A stretch of 64,000 nucleotides of DNA from an uncultured Alphaproteobacteria bacterium (GCA_963831645.1 CAWHQZ010000028.1:627035-691034), one strand, 5' to 3'; positions 10,747 to 20,731 are shown, counted from the stretch's first letter. A program made the numbers and translations. Notes: a model not told the origin generated them from the sequence alone.

Positions 10747-10857
10747 TACGACGGCGCAATATCCTCGCCCCGCGGTGTCTTTATGCAACGAGGGTTCAAT
10801 TTCGAACTCCGCATCCTTATATTCGGGCTCCAGTGCTCACGTTCCAATGAGGTTGTC

Positions 10858-11217
10858 ATGAGCTACGTCGACGGATTTGTCGTGCCGGTGCCGAAAAAGA
10901 ATCTCTCCGCCTATCAGAAGATGGCCCGCAAGGCCGGCCATATCTGGAAGGAACATGGCGCGCTCGAATACGTCGAGTGTGTGGCCGACGATGTGAAGCC
11001 GGGGAAGGTCACCTCGTTCCCGCAGAGCGTGAAGCTCAAGCCCGGCGAGGTCGTGGTGTTCTCGTGGATCACGTACAAGTCGCGCAAGCATCGCGACAGC
11101 GTCAACGCCAGGGTGATGAAGGACCCGCGGATTACCGCGAGCATGGACACCAAGTCGATGCCGTTCGACGGCAAGCGAATGTTCTGGGGCGGCTTCAAAC
11201 CTGTGATCGAGCTCTGA
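10858..11217 (+). CDS. DUF1428-family small protein
   Basis: MSYVDGFVVPVPKKNLSAYQKMARKAG...; 119 aa. The longer upstream ORF extension overlaps the repeat element and is rejected. Confidence 0.65.
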   Translation: MSYVDGFVVPVPKKNLSAYQKMARKAGHIWKEHGALEYVECVADDVKPGKVTSFPQSVKLKPGEVVVFSWITYKSRKHRDSVNARVMKDPRITASMDTKSMPFDGKRMFWGGFKPVIEL

Positions 11218-11390
11218 GCGCCGCGTCCGTCATACCAGCGAAAACATGCCTCGGGCTGCGACCCGACGGGCTGGTATCACGCTTCGAGGCCCCCGCAAGC
11301 GGAAAAGCCCAAGCGGGATTCGGCCTGCGCCGCGGCCTGCGCCGGAATGACGAGATTGGTTGAGTGGCGCGACGTCGAAAGCGGGTTCTA

Positions 11391-11843
11391 CTAGCGGGCC
11401 GCCTCGTCGGCGGTCGGAATCCTACCCTGCGGAGTGTATTTGTCGACCGCCTCGGGCAGCGTCCGCGACAGGCGGGCGAGCAACTCACTTCGCGACAGCC
11501 CCGTCTGCTCGGCGAGCTTGTCGAGGATATCCGAGCCGATGGCGTTTGCCAGTTGATCGGGCGCGATCGGCTGATTCGGCCCCTTGCTGATCCACGACTC
11601 CGCCGCTTCGCCCTGGCCGTTCCTCCTGAACTGTTCCACGAGGTCGCCGAGCCCGCCGGAGAGCACGCTGCCGGCCGAGGCGCCGCCCAGCGCTCCACCC
11701 GATCCGCCCGGTTCGGCGCCTCCGCCCGCTCCCTTGCTCTGGTTCGCTCGGCCCAGCATTTCGGCGATTTTCTCGCGGTTCTGGTAACCGGCGACTGCAA
11801 GCAGTCCCAAAAGCGCCACCATGGACGGCATTCCTCGGGCCAT
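11391..11843 (-). CDS. YidB/DUF937-family protein
   Basis: Starts MARGMPSMVALLGLLAVAGYQNREKIAEML and ends in a Gly-rich region, typical of DUF937. Confidence 0.6.
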   Translation of the reverse strand: MARGMPSMVALLGLLAVAGYQNREKIAEMLGRANQSKGAGGGAEPGGSGGALGGASAGSVLSGGLGDLVEQFRRNGQGEAAESWISKGPNQPIAPDQLANAIGSDILDKLAEQTGLSRSELLARLSRTLPEAVDKYTPQGRIPTADEAAR

Positions 11844-12022
11844 TTTCACTCCTCCTTCGCTGACGAAACTTCCACTCGAAAAGACCGGAACAGTCGATAC
11901 TCGGATTTGTTCCGCGCGGGCGTATGGTGTATGATTCGATTTTGAACGAAGTGTGTCATGCGTGGTCGTTTGTGTGGGGCAGGTTCGGCTGCTGAGAGCC
12001 GACAATCGGAGGGACTATCGAC

Positions 12023-12277
12023 ATGGGCATCATCTGGACGATCATCATCGGTCTGATAGCCGGAGTGATCGCAAAATTTCTAGTGCCGGGCACCAGCAAC
12101 GAGCCGTCCGGCTTCATCATGACGACGATCCTGGGCGTCGTGGGAGCGGTCGTAGCGAGCTACCTCGGCCAGGCGCTCGGATGGTATTCGGCAGGAGAGG
12201 GAGCCGGCCTGATCGGCGCCGTGGTCGGGGCGATAATCGTCCTCCTGGTCTGGGGCGCAATCGCCAGACGCGCGTAA
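12023..12277 (+). CDS. GlsB/YeaQ/YmgE-family stress-response membrane protein
   Basis: 84 aa: MGIIWTIIIGLIAGVIAKFLVPG...GAVVGAIIVLLVWGAI, a two-TM transglycosylase-associated fold. Confidence 0.8.
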   Translation: MGIIWTIIIGLIAGVIAKFLVPGTSNEPSGFIMTTILGVVGAVVASYLGQALGWYSAGEGAGLIGAVVGAIIVLLVWGAIARRA

Positions 12278-12315
12278 GCGCCGAATTCTGAGAACTATCT
12301 GTCTCGGGTGACAGC

Positions 12316-12346
12316 CCGCCCGCGAAAGCTCGCGGCGGGCTGAAAT
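12316..12346. terminator. GC-rich hairpin between convergent genes (possible bidirectional terminator)
   Basis: AGCCCGCCCGCG-AAAG-CTCGCGGCGGGCT lies right after the stop of the GlsB-family gene and before the stop of the minus-strand IalB-like gene. No strong U-tract. Confidence 0.4.
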
Positions 12347-12717
12347 CTACTTCGTCAGCTCGACGGTGCGGGCGAGGGCGCCGGCGAAGCCCTTCAGCGA
12401 GATCGTGAAGGTGACCGGCTTGTTGTTGTCTGCCGCCGTCGCCATGATCTTGAGCACAGTGCCTTCGCGCAACAGGGCCAGCGTCTTCTGGTCGATGGCG
12501 AGCGAGACGAGACAGCCGACCGGCAGGCAGGTGCGAAACGGCAGGGGAGCGGCGGGCTCGCCATCGTCGATCTGCAGGATGGCGCCTGGCAAACGCGGAG
12601 GCGACGACGGCGTTTCGACATCGACAAGCAACCAACGGCAATACGAGCGTCATCGTGGGCGCACCTGGCGCCGGAACCGCTGAATAAGTCTGAAAGAAAG
12701 AAACCGAGGAAACGCAA
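12347..12717 (-). CDS. invasion-associated locus B (IalB)-like protein; apparent frame break near 12630
   Basis: C-terminal part CLPVGCLVSL...VTFTISLKGFAGALARTVEL resembles the IalB family. The N-terminal part continues in another frame (12394-12717). Confidence 0.4.
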
Positions 12718-12732
12718 GGGCTAAAAAGCTGG

Positions 12733-12927
12733 TCAAAACTTATGGTTTATGCCAGCCTGCTTCATTATCCCATTCGCTGTATGGCGCGAGAGTATCTTGT
12801 GGTCCACCGGAAAGGTGCGCTTGGAGATTGGTGAGTACCAATAGTCGTGGTCGCCCTTTGCGGGGCGCAAATAGTAGCATTCGTTGTCGGACAGGACTTT
12901 CTTTACGTCACGAGCGTAATCGCTCAT
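12733..12927 (-). CDS. hicA: HicA-family toxin (YcfA-like mRNA interferase)
   Basis: 64 aa containing KGDHDYWYSPISKRTFPVDHK...GIMKQAGI. Overlaps the upstream hicB by 4 nt. Confidence 0.65.
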   Translation of the reverse strand: MSDYARDVKKVLSDNECYYLRPAKGDHDYWYSPISKRTFPVDHKILSRHTANGIMKQAGINHKF

Positions 12928-13163
12928 GCAGCTTCAAGACGTATCCGTTCTTGAGTACGAAACTCCAACGGTATCTCAGCCGGGATGCGAGAAACGACCT
13001 CGTGCTTGTTGAGCCTGAGCAAGTCAGGAATCATCCCGAAGACTTTTTGGCGCAGCGCCTCTAGGGTCGATGCTTCAGTGACTAACCCAGGCACGTTTGA
13101 GTCGCTCACGTACCAGACGTTTGCCTCTGAATCGAATGCCGCCGTGACCTTGAGTACCAGCAT
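12924..13163 (-). CDS. hicB: HicB-family antitoxin (DUF1902 N-terminal domain)
   Basis: 79 aa containing AFDSEANVWYVSDSNVPGLVTEASTLEALRQKV, a HicB-like motif, upstream of hicA. Confidence 0.65.
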   Translation of the reverse strand: MLVLKVTAAFDSEANVWYVSDSNVPGLVTEASTLEALRQKVFGMIPDLLRLNKHEVVSRIPAEIPLEFRTQERIRLEAA

Positions 13164-13230
13164 TCCGAGCTCCTACCCCGCTCGATCGAATAAGTGGGTC
13201 ATTAGGAGTCAGATGTAAAGCGATTTGGTG

Positions 13231-13257
13231 GATAGTTGCTTACCGGCAGCAACTATC
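13231..13257. promoter_or_regulatory. 9-bp inverted repeat GATAGTTGC-N9-GCAACTATC upstream of hicB; candidate operator
   Basis: Perfect palindrome seen in the sequence about 70 bp upstream of the hicB start on the minus strand. Confidence 0.35.
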
Positions 13258-13458
13258 TGGTTTTATTGCCCTTTCTACATCGCAAAAAAGCCTTCGCCGC
13301 CGGGCATCTTCCTCGGCGGGGTCGCCACCTGGCGGTCTGTCGTCAGTCCCTCCTATGGCTGGTGGTGGAATCAGAGCTTCTAACGGTAACACCCCGTCCA
13401 CTCCGCCTGCATAGGATCTTGACCCAGCCATCCTCTCTTCACGAGCGTTCGCGGCCGG

Positions 13459-14641
13459 TTACTCCCGGTCCGTCCGCGTCCAGCTCGAGCCTCGGCCTCG
13501 CAGAAGCCCGGCATAGATCCCGAGCTTGCCGAGCACATACGACGGAAGTCCCGCGAAATCCCGCGCGCTCGAGACTTCACCGCCGAAGCGGCGCCAGGCG
13601 AGGCCGATCGCCAGCGCCAGCAGGACGAGCGCGCCGACGGGGATGACGATGCTCGCTGAGCCCGCGCCGGCGGCCGCGAGAACCAGAAGCAGCGCCGTCC
13701 AGGCGAGAAGCGCTCCCGCGTAAAGCCCGATGGGCGGCGCCAGGATGTCGAAGGCCAGCGCCAGCAGCCCGGCATCCCGTCGCGCCAGCGCGGTGGCGAG
13801 CAATCCCGGCGCCTGGCTGGCCAGGACCTGCAGAGATCCCTGCTCCCAGCGGCGGTGCTGGCCCGAGGCGGCAGCCGCAGCGAGCGGAAAGGCGCTCGTG
13901 ACCACCGCTTCGGGCAGGTAGATGGCGCCTTTACCCGCGGCAGCGAGCTCGACCCCGAGTTTCAGGTCCTCGGTCAGATGCCCGCTCGCCAGATCGGCCG
14001 AGACGGCGAGCGGCCAGGGAATCGCCATGCCGGTTCCCATGAGATGACAGGGTGCGCCCAAAGCACGCAGCCCGAGAGCGCGTACATGGTTCCGCATCAG
14101 GAAGGCAAATGCCGCGAGACGGTGACCGGCGCCCGCTCCATCGGGGGGCAACATGCGATAGCGGGCCTGAACCGGCCGGCCGAACTCATGCGCGGCCCGC
14201 GCCAGCCGGCCGACAGCTTCGCGCCCCAGCCGGCAATCGGCATCCAGAACGATGAGGATTTCCGGCGGGTTCTGCCCGAGATGGCGCGCGCCGAAGGCGA
14301 GAGCGTAGCCTTTGCCGCGCCGTTCCGGCTCGTGCCGCTCCACGACTTCCGCACCCTCCAGGCAGAGCCACGGCCGCGGTGTCGTCGCTGCAGTTGTCCG
14401 CCACGACCAGAAGGCGGTCGCCCGGCAGAAGCTGCTCACGTGCATCGCGAAGGGTCGCCGCCACGCGCAGGCCCTCGTCATGGGCAGGCACGAGAATGCA
14501 GACGGCGGGACGCTCCATGCTTGCCTCGGCCGCAGGCTCCGGCCGGCGCCCGAGAAGAGCCGCGCCCACTTCCACCAGCAGCACGATGGCGGGAATCGCC
14601 AGAGCCAGGCTCACCACCCACGCCGCGCCGTCGAGCAGCAC
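13459..14641 (-). CDS. glycosyltransferase family 2 (GT-A) with N-terminal TM segment; frame break near 14385-14400
   Basis: N-terminal ORF (14186-14641) has VCILVPAHDEG...LLVVADNCSDDTAAVA. The rest (13459-14481) continues AEVVERHEPERRGKGYALAF...ILIVLDADC in another frame. Confidence 0.7.
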
Positions 14642-14647
14642 GAAGCA

Positions 14648-15880
14648 TCACGGGGCCGCCTCGAGAAAAAGGCGCTCGAGCGCCGCCGCCGCCATCGCGG
14701 CATTGTGGCGCCGGAGCACCTGCTCCCTCCCGGCCTCACCCATTCGGGCGAGGACGGCGGGATCAGCCTCGAGAGCCTCCTTCATGGCGGCCGCGAGCGC
14801 CGGCGCGTCGCCCGCCGGCGCCAGCCAGCCGGTCTGGCGCGGAACGACGAGCTCTGGAATGCCGGCGACGAAAGTGGCGATGACGGGCCGCGCCAGCGCC
14901 ATCGCTTCCATCAGGACCACGGGCAAACCCTCCGCGAAGCTCGCCAGCACCAGGGCCCGGCAGCTCTCGATCTCTTGCCGGACGGCTTCGCCCGAAAGCC
15001 ACCCGGTGATCCGGACGCAGTCGCCGAGGCCCCGCGCCGCGATCTCCTCCTCGAGCTCGGCACGCAGCGGTCCATCGCCCACCAGGCGCAGCTCGAACCG
15101 GGTCCCGCTTGCGCGCAAGGCGGCCGCCGCCTCGATGAGGAGCGAGGTCCCTTTCTGCGCCGAAAGCCGGGCGACGCTCAGAAGGCGCGGAGCCGCCGGC
15201 ACGGGCGAGGCAACTGCCTTCACGTACGCCGCATCGAGGCCGCAGCGCACGATCCGCACTTTCGGCCAGTCCTGTCTGGCGGCCCAGCGCAGGAGCTGGC
15301 TGCGCCCGAAGGAGCTGACGGCGCAGACGAACCTGGCGCGGGCGATCTTCTGGCCGAGCGCGATCGCTTCCGGCCTGTCGAATTCGTCGGGTCCGTGGAC
15401 GGTGAAGCTCCAGGGAATTCCCGTCAGCTCGCCGGCGAGCATCGCGACGGTCGCAGAATTCGTGCCGAAGTGCGCATGCAGGTGATCCGCGCGCTCCAGC
15501 CTCAGCCGGCGGGCGAGCACCGCCGCCTCGCCCCAGTAGAACACATGCCACACGAGGCCGCGCTCGGAGCGCCAGCCGGTCTTCAGCGCAACGGAGAGCG
15601 AACGGAAGAGGCCGGCCGGAAAGGCGATTGCCGCCGCGGCCATGTCGGCGAGCAATCGCCGTGCCGGCTCGGCCAGCAGCGTCCTGGTTCGGCCCGCTTC
15701 CTCGATGTCCTCTTCATCGACGAGGTCGGGCCCCGCGGGGCGCAGGGAATAGCGCAGGACCGTGAGCCCGTGGGCCTCGAGCGCCCGGATCTCGCGGCGG
15801 ATGAAGCTGTGGCTCGCTCCCGGATAACGGTTGACGAGATAGGCCACTCTCACGCGGGCCTCGTCCAGATGTCCCGCCAC
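14648..15880 (-). CDS. glycosyltransferase family 4 (WcaL/colanic-acid-type)
   Basis: Intact 410-aa ORF: RVAYLVNRYPGASHSFIRREI ... EGLPVVLMEAMALARPVIAT. Confidence 0.75.
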   Translation of the reverse strand: MAGHLDEARVRVAYLVNRYPGASHSFIRREIRALEAHGLTVLRYSLRPAGPDLVDEEDIEEAGRTRTLLAEPARRLLADMAAAAIAFPAGLFRSLSVALKTGWRSERGLVWHVFYWGEAAVLARRLRLERADHLHAHFGTNSATVAMLAGELTGIPWSFTVHGPDEFDRPEAIALGQKIARARFVCAVSSFGRSQLLRWAARQDWPKVRIVRCGLDAAYVKAVASPVPAAPRLLSVARLSAQKGTSLLIEAAAALRASGTRFELRLVGDGPLRAELEEEIAARGLGDCVRITGWLSGEAVRQEIESCRALVLASFAEGLPVVLMEAMALARPVIATFVAGIPELVVPRQTGWLAPAGDAPALAAAMKEALEADPAVLARMGEAGREQVLRRHNAAMAAAALERLFLEAAP

Positions 15881-16300
15881 CGGCCCGCGGCGATATGGCG
15901 TTCGCGCCCGCCGAGCTCACGGGCGAGGGACACCAGGCGCCCCAGGCTCCAGCCGAGATTGGCGAGAAGGGGTCCGGGCGGACCGTAGAGAAGCCGGAAA
16001 TACCGGGCGCGCGAGCGATAGAAGCTGGAGGGACGGTGGCGGCGGGGCTGCCCCGGTTCCGGAACGGCCGGGCTGCCGCCTTGCAGGTGCACGATTCGCG
16101 CCTCCGGCACATAGCGGATATCGAAGCCGGCGGCCCGTACGCGATGACAGTGTTCGCTGTCCTCGTAGTACATGAAGAATCCCTCATCGAGCAGGCCGGC
16201 GGGCTCGAGCGCCTCCCGCCGGACGAGCACGCAGGCATAGCTGATCCAGTCCGGCCTCGTGCCCGCGTCGGCGGCGTGAATGGGCGCCTCGTAGCGCTCG
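15850..16300 (-). pseudogene. GT2 glycosyltransferase C-terminal fragment; N-terminal DxD half absent
   Basis: Only the C-terminal region is present (YACVLVRREALEPAGLLDEGFFMYYEDSEHCHRVRAAGFDIRYVP). Upstream space is occupied by the phosphomannomutase gene, and no alternative frame encodes the GT-A N-terminal half. Confidence 0.45.
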
Positions 16301-16423
16301 AGCAGCCGCGTAATCGGCCCGGTGCGCGCTGCATCGACGAGCTCGCCGAGCGGTGTGTGGCGGCGAAAGCAGCTGCATCCTGGGCAAAGACGGCCGTCAT
16401 CTGCCTCACCGGCCGCAACGCAC

Positions 16424-17957
16424 CTACTGAGCCAGTTTCTGATTGTACTCGCCGACCTCCGGAAACGCTGCGAGCAGCTTCTCGATGGCATGGAAGATGC
16501 GGCGCATCGCCGCCTCCGAGGACGGGCTTTCACAGACGACGACAAGCTCGGGTTTGTTGGACGAGGCTCTCACTAACCCCCAGCCGCCATCTTCGAGAGT
16601 GACGCGCACGCCATTGATGGTGAGGAGACCGGCGATGCTCTGACCGGCGAAGCTCTTGCCCTGGCGCGTGAGATCCGCGAGTTGCTGCGTCACAGTTTCA
16701 ACCACCCGGTACTTCGAAGGGTCCGGACAGTGGGGCGACATCGTCGGCGTGCACCATGTTGTCGGCAGGTCGCCATAAAGCTCCGCCATGGAGCGCCCAG
16801 CCGCCCCGTCGAGTAGATCGCAGACAGTGATCGCCGTGGCGAGTCCGTCGTCGTAACCCCGGCCGAGCGGCTCCCTGAAGAAGAAGTGCCCGGATTTTTC
16901 GAAACCAGCGATCGCTGCCGTCTCGGCTGTTCGCCGCTTGATGTAGGAATGGCCGGTCTTCCAGTATTCGGTCGTCGCGCCATTCGCCAGGAGAACCGGA
17001 TCAGTCTGAAACAGCGCCGTCGATTTGACGTCAGCCACGAAGCGAGCATTCGGATATCGCGCTGATATGGCCCGCGCCAGCAGCACGCCCATCTTGTCGG
17101 CGAAAATCGGCATCCCTTTATTGTCAACGACGCCGCAGCGGTCGCCGTCGCCGTCGAAGGCGAGCCCGATATCGGCGCGGGCTTCGGTGACGGCTCGCGA
17201 GACCGCCGCGAGCATCGCGAGGTCCTCCGGATTGGGGTTGTAGTTGGGAAAGCTCCAGTCGAGATCGCAGTGAAGCGGCACGACCTCGCAGCCGATGGCT
17301 TCCAGTGCCAGGGGCGCAAACGCTCCGGCAGTGCCGTTGCCGCACGCGACGACGGCTTTGAGCCGGCTTTTCAACTTAGGCCGTGACGTCAGGTCTGAGA
17401 GATAGCGCTGCCGCATGTCATTCACCCGGACGAGACTGCCGCCGCCGCGGTTCTTGCCCTCACCATTGAGGACGATCGCCTTCAATGCAGTCATATCGTC
17501 GGGCTCGAGCGTAAACGGACGGTCCAGGCCCATCTTGACGCCCGTCCAACCATTGGGATTGTGCGATGCCGTGACCATCGCGACTGCGGGCACGTCCAGT
17601 GCAAACTGGGCGAAATAGGCCGTTGGGGAAAGTGCCAGACCGATGTCATAGACGGTGCAGCCCGCCGCCACCAAGCCGCTCGTCAGTGCATCTTTGACCG
17701 CGGCCGAGTAGCTGCGGTAGTCGTGGCCGGTGACGATGTCAGGCCTTATCCCCCGATCTTGCAGAAGGGTGCCGAGACCCAAGGCCCAGTGCGTGGACAC
17801 CCGGGAGATTGATTTCGCTTTCATAGAGCCAGCGGGCATCATACTCGCGGAAACCGGTGGGCTTTATGAGCGGCAGAGCCTCCCCGGCCAGGGCGCCGGG
17901 CTCTAAATCGTCGCGGGGTCTGAGCAGTCTTTCAGACTGTCGCTCTTTCATCTTCAC
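16424..17957 (-). CDS. phosphomannomutase/phosphoglucomutase (alpha-D-phosphohexomutase); frame break near 17800
   Basis: Active-site TASHNPNGWTGVKM is present. The N-terminal segment KPTGFREYDARW...GVHALGLG is in a different frame (ORF 17739-17957) from the body (16424-17842). Confidence 0.75.
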
Positions 17958-19410
17958 TCAAGTCAAATGGCGACCGGCTTGCTTCAGTCGCCCGTAGCTG
18001 TCTTCAAGCCGAACAATGTCGTCCTCACCCAAATAGCTGCCTGATTGAACCTCGATGAGCTGAAGCGGTTCGCTGCCCGGATTCTCCAGCCGGTGGACCG
18101 CGCCTTTCGGAATATAAGTGCTCTCGTTCTCATTCAGGTCAAATTGCCTTTCTGCGCACGTGACACGTGCCGTGCCGTGGACGACGACCCAGTGTTCGGC
18201 TCGGTGATGATGATACTGTAAGGACAATTTTGCCCCTGGCTTCACGATAAGTCGTTTGACCTGATAGTTATTGCCTTGGCCGATCGCTTCATAGCTTCCC
18301 CACGGTCGTGCGACGCGCCGGTGGCTGGCAACCTCTGGTAGGTCGGCCGCCGCCAGCTCGTTCACCACGCCCTTGAGGTCATCGAGCGTCGAGCGGTCTG
18401 CGACCAAGAGCGCATCCGCAGTATCGACAATGATGAGATTGCGTAGCCCCAATCCGACGGTCAATCGCTCGGGACTATGGACAAACACGTCTTCGCAGGA
18501 TCTCATTTCTGCTTGCCCTACGCTCCGGTTCCGCCTGGCATCCTCCGGTAGTACTTTGGCGAGCTCTGCCCAGCTCCCCACATCGCTCCACTCGGCAGTC
18601 AAGATCGACAACGGCTACCCGGTCGTCCTTCTCGAGGACCGCGTGATCAAAGGAAACCGGCTCACAGGCGAGAAAAGCTTCAGGCTGCAGGCAGACATGA
18701 CCGTATTCTCCGGTGGCTCCGGATACTGCTCTCCGGCAGGCTGCCAACACTGCCGGGACGTGGCGGGAGAGCGCAGCAATGATCACGTCGACCCGCCCTA
18801 TCACCACTCCCGAATTCCACCGGTAGCCGTCACGAACATATTCGTGCGCCGTTCGTTCGTCGGGTTTTTCAACGAAACGGTCGACCTTCCGTGCCGGGCG
18901 CGTATCAATCGGCTGACCGGGTCGAATGTAGCCGAACGACGTGGCCGCGTGAGACGGCATGACCCCGAGGATCGTGATCCAGCCGGCGGCGGCAACGTGA
19001 ACGGCTTCCGTGAGTGTCGCGTGAAATGCTTCCGCTGACGCGATTTCATGGTCCGCGGGCAAACACACAATAGTTGCATCGGGTTCCGCTTCCGCCAGAT
19101 ACAGGGCTGCACAGGCGATGGCTGGGGCAGTATTCCGGGGTCCGGGTTCCAGAATCAGTATGTTTCGCTTGGCGGCGTTTTGCGTCACTTCTTCGATGAG
19201 AAACCGGTAGTCGTGGTGGCTGACACACACCGTCCCATCCGCCAGCGAATAGTTCGCAGCACGATCGAAGGTGCGCTCAAACAGCGACTTGCCGTCTCTT
19301 ACGACAGCGAACTGCTTCGGGAAGTCTCGCCGGCTGAGCGGCCACAGCCGTGTGCCCGATCCCCCGCAAAGTATGACCGGATGCACTCTGAGCGCGGTCT
19401 TCATGCTCAA
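17958..19410 (-). CDS. manC: mannose-1-phosphate guanylyltransferase / mannose-6-phosphate isomerase (bifunctional, cupin C-terminus); frame break near 18590-18610
   Basis: N-terminal ORF (18475-19410) has VILCGGSGTRLWPLSR. C-terminal ORF (17958-18611) has EWSDVGSWAEL...cupin with GAVHRLENPG. The two overlap in different frames. Confidence 0.75.
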
Positions 19411-19682
19411 GCCCAGAAGGTTGTACTCCGCTCTTGGAGGATTTGCCTAACCTCGCACGACCCTCACGAGAATCCAAGTCGGACTTGACCGCAAATTCTT
19501 GCGCATTCTCCCGATCCAATTGTTGTTTTTGGCGCCGAGACGACCTACTGGACGTGGTCATCGTGATGAGTTGCGCCTGAGGGCTTGGGCCTTCCGGCAT
19601 TTTCTTCCCGGCGCACCATTTCGACCGCTGCATCCCGCCGCCTAGGACTGGACCGGCTGCAGCCACCCGGAGACAGACTGAC

Positions 19683-20018
19683 ATGAAGAAGCCCTTTGGG
19701 GCCGCGGGAGCGGCTTTTTCTGTTGTGCTGGGTGCAGCGTTGTTATGCCCCGTCGAGCCGGCCACACCCGCCGCAAGGCCGGCTCTGCCGCAAACGTGCG
19801 GCGAGCATGAGCAGATCGCTCGCCTGCTCTCCGGCAGCTACGGCGAATACCTGGTGGCGAGCGGGCGATTGCTGGCGGGCGTTGTCGAGCTGTGGGTCAG
19901 CGACGCGCAGACATGGACGCTGCTTCGCATTCTACCGGGCGGTATTGCCTGCCTCGTCATGGCCGGTCGCGATATCCGCTTCAGCAGGCCTCGTACAGGA
20001 AAGGAGCGTGAGGCATGA
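19683..20018 (+). CDS. hypothetical secreted protein (signal peptide)
   Basis: MKKPFGAAGAAFSVVLGAALLCPVEPA... 111 aa, located at the left edge of the phage-derived block. Confidence 0.4.
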   Translation: MKKPFGAAGAAFSVVLGAALLCPVEPATPAARPALPQTCGEHEQIARLLSGSYGEYLVASGRLLAGVVELWVSDAQTWTLLRILPGGIACLVMAGRDIRFSRPRTGKEREA

Positions 20019-20184
20019 AAACGAATCAAGACACCGCAATGGACTACGTGTTCGAGGCCGAAGGCGGTTATGCCGAGCGCGACAGCGAACCCGGCGGCGC
20101 GGGGTGAATATGGGAATTTCGTTCCGCGCTTTCGAGGACTGCTGGGACGATATGGGCGGGGATAAAAACGTCTCACTCGCCTGA
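20015..20184 (+). pseudogene. GH108-family phage lysozyme remnant (N-terminal about 55 aa only, with a frame break)
   Basis: MKTNQDTAMDYVFEAEGGYAERDSEPGG then TNMGISFRAFEDCW in the +2 frame, then a stop. GH108 endolysins are about 170-250 aa. Confidence 0.5.
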
Positions 20185-20247
20185 TTTCGCATCTGACGCG
20201 GCCCGAGCGTAATCGCGACACAACCCGTAAAAGATGGAGAGTGACAA

Positions 20248-20421
20248 TGTTGCAAGGTTACAAGACGTATGTCGTGGCGCTGATGGTATTGGCGATCGCC
20301 CTCATCGAAGGGGTTGCGGGAATCGACATCCCCGGTGCCGAGGTTAAAGGCGACTGGTTCACTTATATCCTGGCTGCACTCGGCCTGGGCGCCCTGCGTT
20401 CCGCAGTGCCCGCGAGATGAC
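20248..20421 (+). CDS. holin-like small membrane protein (57 aa, two predicted TM helices)
   Basis: MLQGYKTYVVALMVLAIALIEGVAGIDIPGAEVKGDWFTYILAALGLGALRSAVPAR. It lies directly after the lysozyme remnant. Below the ORF-track size cutoff, found by reading the sequence. Confidence 0.4.
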
Positions 20422-20488
20422 TCTCCACTGAATGCTTGCAGAGGAGTGGAGAGCCTCGCACGGGGCCTCCTTGCCAAGGAGAGGCGGA

Positions 20489-20731
20489 ATGGATCGATCA
20501 AAGGATACGGCAGTGCGATTTGACGTTACCAGCGTTGCTCGCTCCCACGCGCCCTCTGCGCTGGCGGAACTTGCGCGCCTTTGTTTACAGGCTAAGTCGG
20601 AAACGGCGCGCATCGCTGCGATCAAGGAAGTTCTGGCGCTCGCGTGCGGTAAAGGCAAAGAGGCGGCGGACGAAGTAGAGCCGCTGGTGGTGCGCTTTAC
20701 CGATGACTGGGCTAGACCTCCCACTGCCTAA
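20489..20731 (+). CDS. hypothetical phage protein (candidate small terminase subunit by position)
   Basis: MDRSKDTAVRFDVTSV... 80 aa with RBS AAGGAGAGG. It sits immediately upstream of the terminase large subunit. No diagnostic motif. Confidence 0.35.
   Translation: MDRSKDTAVRFDVTSVARSHAPSALAELARLCLQAKSETARIAAIKEVLALACGKGKEAADEVEPLVVRFTDDWARPPTA

Noticed and set aside
14312-15988. Very long ORFs antisense to or overlapping annotated genes (e.g. 14312-15988 + 558 aa, 14379-15485, 1252-1908, 7430-8083, 8061-8942, 23463-24053, 36557-37234, 43926-45104, 45339-46004)
   Set aside because: In about 65% GC DNA stop codons are rare in all frames. These ORFs have low-complexity Arg/Ala/Pro-rich translations, no recognisable motifs, and lie opposite genes with clear conserved domains.
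16184-16545. Alternative-frame ORFs upstream of the GT2 fragment, inspected as a candidate missing N-terminal (DxD) half
   Set aside because: None of the three minus-strand frames in 16300-16545 encodes GT-A N-terminal motifs, and the region is occupied by the C-terminus of the phosphomannomutase gene.
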